Under the pieces are notes generated by a model. It was not told where the DNA came from and searched no databases. It saw only the letters and a list, made by a program, of their open reading frames with translations. A stretch of DNA of 64,000 nucleotides from the NCBI GenBank assembly GCA_046537995.1, contig JBKHJS010000001.1, forward strand, positions 68 through 64,067. The letters run 5' to 3'. Shown piece by piece: positions 1-8,348 of the stretch. Made by a program: the position numbers and the translations under genes. The first letter of the stretch is position 1, and every line of letters begins with the position of its first letter. The DNA is from Desulfobacterales bacterium (GTDB lineage Bacteria > Desulfobacterota > Desulfobacteria > Desulfobacterales > Desulfosalsimonadaceae).

Positions 1-192
1 ATGTCCGGCTGTCAATCGGCGGAGCTTGCGAGCATTCTCAAGTACCTCGTCAAGATTAATGCGGCGGCTTATAACAGTATTTTCAATGCACATGATAATC
101 TCGCTATTTACGGAACGCCGATTAATTTCGGCGGCTGACTTAAGTCGCTCGTAAAGCTCATCAGGTATATTCTTTACCGTAACAGTTGCCAT
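1..192 (-). CDS. Ribbon-helix-helix (Arc/VapB/FitA-type) antitoxin-like DNA-binding protein, 5' part only (continues beyond left edge)
   Basis: Minus-strand ATG at 192-190, 5 nt after GGAGGTG. The frame is still open at position 1 (64 codons: MATVTVKNIPDELYERLKSAAEINRRSVNSEIIMCIENTVISRRINLDEVLENARKLRRLTAGH). N-terminal beta-strand plus two-helix pattern typical of RHH antitoxins. Absent from the ORF track because no stop lies in the window. Confidence 0.6.
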   Translation of the reverse strand, partial: MATVTVKNIPDELYERLKSAAEINRRSVNSEIIMCIENTVISRRINLDEVLENARKLRRLTAGH

Positions 193-210
193 ATTAACAC
201 CTCCAAATGT

Positions 211-254
211 TTTCAATTTGAAACCATTATGAAACCAGAAAGGGGCTTTGTCAA
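211..254 (-). promoter_or_regulatory. Putative sigma70 promoter plus palindromic operator of the RHH gene
   Basis: On the minus strand: TTGACA (254-249), 17 nt, CATAAT (231-226). A perfect 13-nt palindrome TTTCAA-T-TTGAAA (211-223) follows, between -10 and SD. This is the usual position for RHH autorepression. Confidence 0.4.
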
Positions 255-291
255 GTGCAAAACCTTCTTTTTGCCGGCCAACAATGATTAG

Positions 292-330
292 ATGTCCGAA
301 GGGGCGTAAAATAAAGCACCCCTTCGGCAT
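292..330. other. Imperfect hairpin (CCGAAGGGG / CCCCTTCGG core, extended by ATG/CAT with one bulged T)
   Basis: Arms at 296-304 and 319-327 are perfectly complementary, with a 14-nt A/T-rich loop. No U-tract on either strand, so it is not a canonical terminator. Confidence 0.5.
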
Positions 331-437
331 GAATATCGGGATATGCTTTAATTTTTGAGCATAATACCACTATTTAAGGTGATATCCAAACATTTTTCCT
401 TGATTTGAAATCCGGGATATAATAAGAATATGGCAAT

Positions 438-453
438 ATGAACAAATGTTCAT
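438..453 (+). promoter_or_regulatory. LexA-box-like palindrome atGAAC-AAAT-GTTCat downstream of a TATAAT (418-423)
   Basis: Arms ATGAAC / GTTCAT are perfect inverted repeats, and GAAC-N4-GTTC is the Cheo-box architecture. It lies 45 nt upstream of the intI-fragment start. Confidence 0.4.
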
Positions 454-497
454 TGGGGGGGGTAAAACGTCTTTCCATCAAAGCAACAGGAGGGGTC

Positions 498-818
498 ATG
501 GAGCAGCCAAAGCTTTTGGATCAGGTCAGAAATCTGATCCGTACAAAGCACTACAGTATAAGGACGGAAGAGACTTATGTGGGCTGGATACGAAAGTTTA
601 TACTGTTTCATGGCAAAAGGCACCCCAAGGATATGGGGGAAAAAGAGATAAGCGATTTTCTCACGCATTTGGCTGTTAACCGGCAAGTGGCTGCTTCTAC
701 GCAGAACCAGGCTTTTAACGCTCTTTTATTTTTGTATCGAAATGTCCTTGGAATTGAATTCGGGGAGTTAAAGGATGTGCAGAGGGCCAAAAAACCGTGG
801 GATATGCTATGGAGCTGA
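498..818 (+). pseudogene. intI: Integron-integrase-type tyrosine recombinase, N-terminal fragment only (catalytic domain missing)
   Basis: ATG 498 follows AGGAGGGG (488-495). The sequence MEQPKLLDQVRNLIRTKHYSIRTEETYVGWIRKFILFHGKRHPKDMGEKEISDFLTHLAVNRQVAASTQNQAFNALLFLYRNVL...VQRAKKP matches the IntI N-terminal SAM-like domain. Similarity ends near 797 and the frame stops at 818. No R-HxxR-Y catalytic region follows. Confidence 0.65.
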
Positions 819-1420
819 CGCCGCGGCAGGAAAGTGTATATCGGGTGATTTGCAAGTATCATCGGGAGCACGGTTATTCTCCGAGTGTGCGGGAGATCTG
901 CGGAAAACTGGGGCTGGCCGGGCCGGCTGGTGTGCACAGGATTCTGGGGGTGCTGGAGGAAAAGGGGGTGATCCGGTCTGCGGCGGGCAAGAAGCGCTCG
1001 TGGGTGCCGGTGGAATTTCCGGAAGAGGGCATGCCGGTTGCCGGAACCATTGCCGCGGGAGAGCCGCTGGATGTATGGGATCATCCGGATGAGCGCATTG
1101 GCGTGGATCCGATGCTTTACGGAAACGAGGACTGCTTTGCCCTGCGGGTAAAGGGCGATTCCATGACAGGGGCTCATATTCTGGACGGGGACCTGGCGGT
1201 AATACGTCCCCGGGCGGACGTGGATGACGGGCAGATTGCAGCCGTGCTGGTGGCGGGGATCTTGCCGGAGGCGACATTGAAAAGTGTAAAAAAAAGGGCC
1301 GGCACCCTGGAGCTGCATTCAGCCAATCCGGCATATAAAACCATTCGGTTTTCCGGGGCAAAAAGGAAAAAGGTGAAAATCATCGGCAGGTATGTCGGGC
1401 TGATCCGAAAGGCTTTGTGA
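809..1420 (+). CDS. lexA: LexA repressor (SOS regulator, S24 self-cleaving peptidase)
   Basis: MELTPRQESVYRVI... winged-helix N-terminus, an AAGEP cleavage-region motif, and the Ser/Lys dyad context VKGDSMTGA ... ATLKSV. The alternative GTG start at 797 is the one in the ORF track. Confidence 0.9.
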   Translation: MELTPRQESVYRVICKYHREHGYSPSVREICGKLGLAGPAGVHRILGVLEEKGVIRSAAGKKRSWVPVEFPEEGMPVAGTIAAGEPLDVWDHPDERIGVDPMLYGNEDCFALRVKGDSMTGAHILDGDLAVIRPRADVDDGQIAAVLVAGILPEATLKSVKKRAGTLELHSANPAYKTIRFSGAKRKKVKIIGRYVGLIRKAL

Positions 1421-1578
1421 GACCGGTTTGAACGGGGGGGGGCATGTGCTGCTTGTTTTCGAAGCTGCGCTGATTTGCCGGATTTTCCAATTGACTCGTT
1501 TTCCGGTTTGGTTTAGTTCAGAGAAATACGCAAGGCAGGCGAAAACCGATTTTTTTAAGGAATAACAGGTGCAGTAAA

Positions 1579-2397
1579 ATGCAGGCTCTTGATTTTTTGA
1601 CAATTGCGGTACAGGCGGCCCTGGAGGCGGGTGCGGCCGCTTTGCAGGTATATGAACAGGACTTTGACGTGGAGGAAAAAGCAGATCATTCGCCTCTGAC
1701 CCTGGCAGACCGGCGGGCGCATGACATCATCTCAGCCCGGCTTGCAGACACGGGGATTTTCCTGTTAAGCGAGGAAGGACGGGACATTGCCTATGAAGAA
1801 CGCAGGTGGTGGCAGCATCTGTGGATCGTGGATCCGCTGGACGGGACCAAGGAGTTTGTCAAGAAAAACGGGGAGTTCACCATCAATATCGCACTGGTTG
1901 CCGGAGACACGCCGGTGATGGGCGTGGTTTTCGTGCCGGTAAAGGACCGGCTCTATTTTGCCGCACATGATATCGGGTCCTATAGGACAGAAGGCGAGAG
2001 TATCAATGGTCTGCAGGAGAAAACCGTCCAGGGCCTTGTGTCTGCAGCGCAAAAGCTGCCTTTGACAAGTCCCGGCAACCGCCCCTATACAATCATGGGA
2101 AGCCGGTCGCATGCCTCGGCGGAACTCGAGGCGTTTGTGGAAAAAAAGCGCAAGGAGCACGGGGAAGTGGATTTTATTTCCGCGGGCAGCTCGCTGAAGT
2201 TCTGCCTGGTGGCAGAGGGCAGGGCGGATCTGTATCCGCGCACCGGCCCGACCATGGAATGGGATACGGCCGCGGGCCAGGCAGTGGTGGAAATGGCCGG
2301 CGGGAGCGTGCTGGAATACGAAAGCGGAAAGCCGCTGCGGTATAACAAGGAGGATCTGAAAAATCCATGGTTTATTGTGAGCAATGCGGTGGGCTGA
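1579..2397 (+). CDS. cysQ: 3'(2'),5'-bisphosphate nucleotidase (inositol-monophosphatase family)
   Basis: LSEEG ... WIVDPLDGTKEF ... WDTAAG metal-binding motifs. Length 272 aa. Adjacent to a PAPS-forming enzyme. Confidence 0.8.
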   Translation: MQALDFLTIAVQAALEAGAAALQVYEQDFDVEEKADHSPLTLADRRAHDIISARLADTGIFLLSEEGRDIAYEERRWWQHLWIVDPLDGTKEFVKKNGEFTINIALVAGDTPVMGVVFVPVKDRLYFAAHDIGSYRTEGESINGLQEKTVQGLVSAAQKLPLTSPGNRPYTIMGSRSHASAELEAFVEKKRKEHGEVDFISAGSSLKFCLVAEGRADLYPRTGPTMEWDTAAGQAVVEMAGGSVLEYESGKPLRYNKEDLKNPWFIVSNAVG

Positions 2398-2422
2398 GGG
2401 GTCAGATTTGAAATCTGACCCC
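2398..2422. other. 25-nt perfect palindrome GGGGTCAGATTT-G-AAATCTGACCCC (hairpin) immediately after the cysQ stop
   Basis: Direct reading. No U-tract follows on the plus strand. The core GATTTGAAATC also occurs at 402-412 and 51755-51765. Confidence 0.6.
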
Positions 2423-2442
2423 GGATATGAGGATATTGTAAT

Positions 2443-4155
2443 ATGACAGATACGCATACGGATGCCCACGGCGGCGCCCTGGTCAACCTGATGGTGGATG
2501 AAGACCGGGCCGAGCTGTTAAAGGAAATCACCATGAACCTGCCGGACATCTCCTTGTCCGAGCGCAACATGTGCGACCTGGAGGTGCTGGCAACAGGCGG
2601 GTTTTCTCCGCTGCAGGGGTTTATGGTGCGTTCGGACTATGAATCCGTGCTCGACCGGATGCGCCTGCAAAACGGGGTGCTCTGGCCCGTGCCCATCTGC
2701 CTGGACGTGCCCGCATCGCGCGCCGAGAACCTGGAGGCCGGACAGTCCGCGGCCCTGCGGGATCCGGAAGGATTTCTGCTGGGCGTGATTCACATCGAGG
2801 ACATATGGCCGGTGGAGCGCGAAAAAGAGGCGCAGCAGGTCTTTGGCACCACGGACACGAGCCATCCGGGCGTGGACTATCTGTTCAACAAGTCCGGAGA
2901 CTACTATATCGGCGGCGCCATCGAGGTCATCAGCCTGCCCATTCATTTTGATTTCAAGCAGATGCGCCTCTACCCGGCCGAAGTGCGGCAGGCATATGAA
3001 AAGCTGGGCTGGCAGCGGGTGGTTGGATTTCAGACCAGAAACCCCATCCACCGGCCCCAGTTTGAAATGACCATCAAGGCCATGCGCCAGGCCCGGGCCA
3101 ACCTGCTGATCATGCCGGTGGTGGGCATGACCCGGCCCGGGGATTTTGACCATTTCATCCGGGTGCGTTGCTGCCGCCACGTGGCCGAGCATTACCCCCC
3201 GGATACCCAGGTCATGACACTGCTGCCTCTTGCCATGCGCCTTTCAGGTCCCAGGGATGCGCTGCTGGATACCATTATCGCCAGAAACTACGGGTGCACC
3301 CACTTTATCGTGGGCCACGACCATGCCAGCCCGGGAAAGGACAGAAACGGAGGCCTGTTTTACCCCTCCGAGCGCTCCCGGCAGAAGGCTGGCGAGTTCA
3401 GCGCGGAAATCGGCGTTGAAATCATGCCGTTTGAAGAAATGGTCTATCTGCCGTTTGAAGACGAATACCGCAGCAAGGACCGGGTTCCGGAGGGCATGGA
3501 AACCATTTCCCTGTCTGGCTCGGATATCCGGCGAAGAATCCGGGAGGGCCGCAAGATCCCGGAATGGGCCACGTTTCCGGAAGTGGTCGAGGAACTCCAG
3601 CGTGCTTATCCGCCGCCGGAGCGACAGGGGTTTACCGTGTTTTTAACCGGCCTGTCCGGGGCGGGCAAATCCACCATTGCAAAGGTTTTGTACTCGAAGT
3701 TCCTGGAACGCGGAGACCGGCCGGTCACGCTTCTTGACGGCGATATCGTGCGGCGCAACCTGTCCAGCGAGCTCACCTTTTCCAAGGAGCACCGCAACAT
3801 CAACGTGCTGCGCATCGGGTTTGTGGCAAGCGAGATCACGAAAAACCGCGGCGTGGCCATATGCGCGCCCATTGCTCCATACGAGATCACGCGCCGGGAA
3901 ATCCGCCGCACCATCGAGTCCTACGGGGGATTTATCGAAGTGCACGTGAACACGCCGATTGATGAGTGCGAAAAGCGGGACCGCAAGGGCATGTATGCCA
4001 AGGCCCGGGCCGGGCTGATCTCCGGGTTTACCGGGGTGGATGATCCTTACGAGGCGCCGGCCAACCCGGAACTGCGCATTGATACCACCGATCTGACCCC
4101 GGCTGAGGCGGCCCAGGAGATTCTGCTGTTTTTGAGCAATAAGGGATACATATAG
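2443..4155 (+). CDS. Bifunctional sulfate adenylyltransferase / adenylylsulfate (APS) kinase
   Basis: N-terminal ATP-sulfurylase region (FQTRNPIHRPQ, VGHDHASPG). C-terminal APS kinase (P-loop GLSGAGKSTIA, LDGDIVR, SKEHRNINV). 570 aa. Confidence 0.85.
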   Translation: MTDTHTDAHGGALVNLMVDEDRAELLKEITMNLPDISLSERNMCDLEVLATGGFSPLQGFMVRSDYESVLDRMRLQNGVLWPVPICLDVPASRAENLEAGQSAALRDPEGFLLGVIHIEDIWPVEREKEAQQVFGTTDTSHPGVDYLFNKSGDYYIGGAIEVISLPIHFDFKQMRLYPAEVRQAYEKLGWQRVVGFQTRNPIHRPQFEMTIKAMRQARANLLIMPVVGMTRPGDFDHFIRVRCCRHVAEHYPPDTQVMTLLPLAMRLSGPRDALLDTIIARNYGCTHFIVGHDHASPGKDRNGGLFYPSERSRQKAGEFSAEIGVEIMPFEEMVYLPFEDEYRSKDRVPEGMETISLSGSDIRRRIREGRKIPEWATFPEVVEELQRAYPPPERQGFTVFLTGLSGAGKSTIAKVLYSKFLERGDRPVTLLDGDIVRRNLSSELTFSKEHRNINVLRIGFVASEITKNRGVAICAPIAPYEITRREIRRTIESYGGFIEVHVNTPIDECEKRDRKGMYAKARAGLISGFTGVDDPYEAPANPELRIDTTDLTPAEAAQEILLFLSNKGYI

Positions 4156-4271
4156 AAACCGGAAACCAGAGACAAGAAACAAGGAATAGTGGGCGGAAGG
4201 CAGGGGACGGAAGACAGAAGACGGAAAACAGAGGGCAGAAGATGGAAGACTGAAGGCAGAGCATGGGGAAC
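4154..4271 (+). repeat. About 17 tandem degenerate heptamers (AGAAACC GGAAACC ... GGAAGAC AGAAGAC GGAAAAC ...), a purine-rich leader
   Basis: Read directly. In-phase units run from 4195: GGAAGGC AGGGGAC GGAAGAC AGAAGAC GGAAAAC AGAGGGC AGAAGAT GGAAGAC TGAAGGC AGAGCAT GGGGAAC. The tract has very few T residues. Confidence 0.8.
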
Positions 4272-4291
4272 GAAGCAGGAAAGGGCAGGAT

Positions 4292-5578
4292 ATGAAAAAT
4301 ACGGTGATCGGGGTGATCGGGCTCGGGTATGTGGGCCTGCCGCTGGCAGTGGCATTCGGCCGGCATTTTAAGACCATCGGGCATGACATCAAGACCGATA
4401 TTATCGAGAGTTACAAAAACTGCGTGGATCCCACCGGCGAGCTGGGCGCAGACGAGCTCAGAAGCGCCGCGCTTCTGGAATACACCGCCGATCCGCATCG
4501 GCTGGCAGAAGCAGACGTGATCATCGTGGCCGCGCCCACGCCCATTGACATTGCCCGCCAGCCGGATCTGGGCCCGATTACCTCGGCCACGCAGACCGCG
4601 GGCCGATACATGAAATCCGGCACGGTGGTGGTTTTCGAATCCACGGTGTATCCCGGCCTCACAGAAGAGATCTGCGTGCCCATCCTGGAAGAAACTTCCG
4701 GCATGACGTGGAAAACGGATTTTCACGTGGGGTATTCCCCGGAGCGGATCAATCCCGGGGACAAGGAGCACACGCTTGCCACGATTGTCAAGGTGGTGGC
4801 AGGCGATGACGGCTCCACCCTGGACCTGCTGGCCGGGCTTTACGGCACCATTGTGTCCGCAGGCGTACACCGGGTCGAAAACATCCGGGAGGCCGAAGCC
4901 GCCAAGGTCATTGAAAACACCCAGCGGGACTTGAATATCGCCCTGATGAACGAGCTGGCCGTGATATTCAACAAGCTGGGCATTGACACCCAGAACGTGC
5001 TTACTGCGGCAGGCACCAAGTGGAACTTCCTGCCGTTTAAGCCCGGCCTGGTGGGCGGGCACTGCATCGGGGTGGATCCCTACTACCTGACACACAAGGC
5101 CGAAACCATGGGCTACCATCCCGAGGTCATCCTGGCGGGACGCCGGATCAATGACAACATGGGCAAGTTTGTGGTGGAAAACGCGGTCAAGCTCATGTGC
5201 AAGGCCGGGCGCAGCCTGATCAACGCCCGGGTGGCCATTCTCGGGCTGACTTTCAAGGAGGACTGCGCGGATCTGCGCAACACCCGGGTGACCGATATCG
5301 TTCACGAGTTCCAGTCATACGGCATCACCCCGCTGATTCATGATTCCCTGGCAGATGCCGTGGCCGCCCGCGCCATTTACGGCATCACCATGTGCGGCTG
5401 GGATGATCTCACGGATCTGGATGCCATGATCATTGCCGTGGCCCACCAGGAGTACCGGTCCATGGCTGCGGCAGATTTCCTGCACCACCTGGCCCCGGGC
5501 GGGTGCCTGCTCGATGTCAAGGGCGTGCTCGATCCGGCCGCCATCCGCGAAAACGGATTTCACTTCTGGCGGCTGTAA
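4292..5578 (+). CDS. Nucleotide-sugar dehydrogenase (UDP-glucose/GDP-mannose dehydrogenase family, TviB/WbpO-like)
   Basis: Rossmann motif VIGVIGLGYVGLPLA, catalytic-Cys context GGHCIGVDPYYL. 428 aa. Confidence 0.85.
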   Translation: MKNTVIGVIGLGYVGLPLAVAFGRHFKTIGHDIKTDIIESYKNCVDPTGELGADELRSAALLEYTADPHRLAEADVIIVAAPTPIDIARQPDLGPITSATQTAGRYMKSGTVVVFESTVYPGLTEEICVPILEETSGMTWKTDFHVGYSPERINPGDKEHTLATIVKVVAGDDGSTLDLLAGLYGTIVSAGVHRVENIREAEAAKVIENTQRDLNIALMNELAVIFNKLGIDTQNVLTAAGTKWNFLPFKPGLVGGHCIGVDPYYLTHKAETMGYHPEVILAGRRINDNMGKFVVENAVKLMCKAGRSLINARVAILGLTFKEDCADLRNTRVTDIVHEFQSYGITPLIHDSLADAVAARAIYGITMCGWDDLTDLDAMIIAVAHQEYRSMAAADFLHHLAPGGCLLDVKGVLDPAAIRENGFHFWRL

Positions 5579-5584
5579 GGAAAT

Positions 5585-6379
5585 TCAGCGGGTGGCCGCC
5601 TTGTAGGCCGCGGTCTGTTTGCTGATGATTGCGGGAAGCTCCGGGTTCTGCGGGTTTTCCTCGATGGTGCGCTCGAATGCGCTGCCGATGACCACGCCGT
5701 CGGCCACAGCGGATACCGCGGACACGTCTGAAGGCGTGGAAATGCCAAAGCCCACGCATACCGGCAGGTCGGTTGCCTGCTTGAGCTTTTGCACGAAGTT
5801 CCCGATTTCCGAGGTATCCAGCCCGCCCGAACCGGTCACCCCGGTCATGGATACCATGTAGAGAAATCCCGAGGCGTTGTGCGCGATCATGCGCATGCGG
5901 TCTTCGGGCGTGGTGGGCGCCACCAGGCGGATCAGGCTGAATGCATCATCGTTCCATTCACCGGTAAGCTCTTCTGACTCCTCTGGGGGCAGGTCCACCA
6001 CCAGCACGCCGTCTGCCCCGGCGGAAACCGCGTCCTCGTGGAATTTTTCCACCCCGTAGGCCATGATCGGGTTGTAATAGGAAAACAGGATGATCGGGAC
6101 ATCCTCGATTTGTCGGATTCTCCGGGTCATCTCCAGTACGTCTGCCAGGTGAATGCCGGCTTTTAAGGCCCGGGCCGAGGAGCGCTGGATCACCGGCCCG
6201 TCTGCCGTGGGATCGGAAAACGGCACTCCGAGTTCCAGCACGTCCAGGCCGTTTTCGCACATGGCGGAAATCACAGCCAGGGAGGTTTCCATATCCGGGT
6301 CCCCGGCAGTGACAAAGCCCACCAGGGCCTTTTCTTCTTTATCCCTCAATCGTTTGAATGTTTCTGCAATACGTGTCAT
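5585..6379 (-). CDS. trpA: Tryptophan synthase alpha chain
   Basis: [18 protein letters not shown] and GFGIS motifs. Last gene of the trp operon. Confidence 0.95.
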   Translation of the reverse strand: MTRIAETFKRLRDKEEKALVGFVTAGDPDMETSLAVISAMCENGLDVLELGVPFSDPTADGPVIQRSSARALKAGIHLADVLEMTRRIRQIEDVPIILFSYYNPIMAYGVEKFHEDAVSAGADGVLVVDLPPEESEELTGEWNDDAFSLIRLVAPTTPEDRMRMIAHNASGFLYMVSMTGVTGSGGLDTSEIGNFVQKLKQATDLPVCVGFGISTPSDVSAVSAVADGVVIGSAFERTIEENPQNPELPAIISKQTAAYKAATR

Positions 6380-6393
6380 GCAATATTCCTGTG

Positions 6394-6428
6394 GGTTTCC
6401 GGTTTGCGGTTTACGGTTCGCGGTTCAC
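6394..6428 (-). repeat. Five tandem heptamers (sense strand GTGAACC GCGAACC GTAAACC GCAAACC GGAAACC) filling the trpB-trpA spacer
   Basis: Plus strand reads GGTTTCC GGTTTGC GGTTTAC GGTTCGC GGTTCAC. On the sense strand the array is followed by CACAGGA (SD), 7 nt, then the ATG of trpA. Confidence 0.85.
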
Positions 6429-6431
6429 CAT

Positions 6432-7654
<1,223 letters not shown>

Positions 7655-7655
<1 letters not shown>

Positions 7656-8341
7656 CAGAAAATTCTCCTTGTTGGATTTGAAATTTCAGACAGGCGCACG
7701 GCATAAACAAAATCCCGCACCCGTCTTGTATCCTTTCTGCCCGGGGCGGATTCCACGCCCGAGCTCACATCCACGGCATCCGGGCGCGCAGCTGCAATTG
7801 CTTCGGCCACGTTTTTCGGGCTGAGCCCGCCCGCGATGATAGTGGGATAATGTTCATTAAAGCCCCGGGCCGCAGACCAGTCCCAGGCCATGGCATTGCC
7901 GCCGGGCAGCTTTCCGGCGGAACATTCCACCAGAAAAGCCGAAACATGGTATTGCGATGCCTCTGAAATTGCCGGCCGGCCGTTTACATACAGGCACTTG
8001 ATTACAATCAGGCCCTGTTCCATGAGCCGCCGGGCCAGCTCCGGGGGTTCTGCGCCGTGGAGCTGCACGGCGTGCAGCCGGCACTGGTAGGCCGCCGCCA
8101 TGATCGTTTCCTCGGATTCGTTGACAAAAACGCCCACCCGGGCGATGTGCGGCGGCAGAACACCGGTGATGTCCGCGGCATGGGCCGGGGTGACATACCT
8201 GGGGCTTTTGGGATAAAACACCAGGCCGATGGCATCAACTCCCCAGGCGGTGCATGCCATGGCGTCTTCTGCCGCGGTGATGCCGCAGATCTTGACCTGG
8301 ATGCGTTCGTGATGCCGGTGTAAGGTTTCTCCTGTATACAT
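7655..8341 (-). CDS. trpF: Phosphoribosylanthranilate isomerase
   Basis: VKICGIT N-terminal motif, operon position, 228 aa. Confidence 0.85.
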
Positions 8342-8348
8342 AAACAGT

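Noticed and set aside
292-330. Calling the bulged hairpin an attC recombination site
   Set aside because: I cannot find properly placed R''/R' core sites (RYYYAAC ... GTTRRRY) flanking it. The nearest candidate is GTTGGCC on the minus strand (280-274), which deviates from the consensus and has no partner. I keep it only as an unexplained hairpin.
438-497. ORF-track start of the integrase fragment at ATG 438 (MNKCSLGGVKRLSIKATGGV...)
   Set aside because: The ATG is part of the ATGAAC/GTTCAT palindrome. The 20 extra residues have no counterpart in IntI proteins. A strong SD (AGGAGGGG) precedes ATG 498, where family similarity begins.
4154-4271. Heptamer and hexamer arrays (4154, 6394, 24519, 29277, 46195) as CRISPR arrays
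   Set aside because: The units are 6-7 nt and contiguous, with no unique spacers. No 25-40-nt repeats or cas genes occur anywhere in the window.
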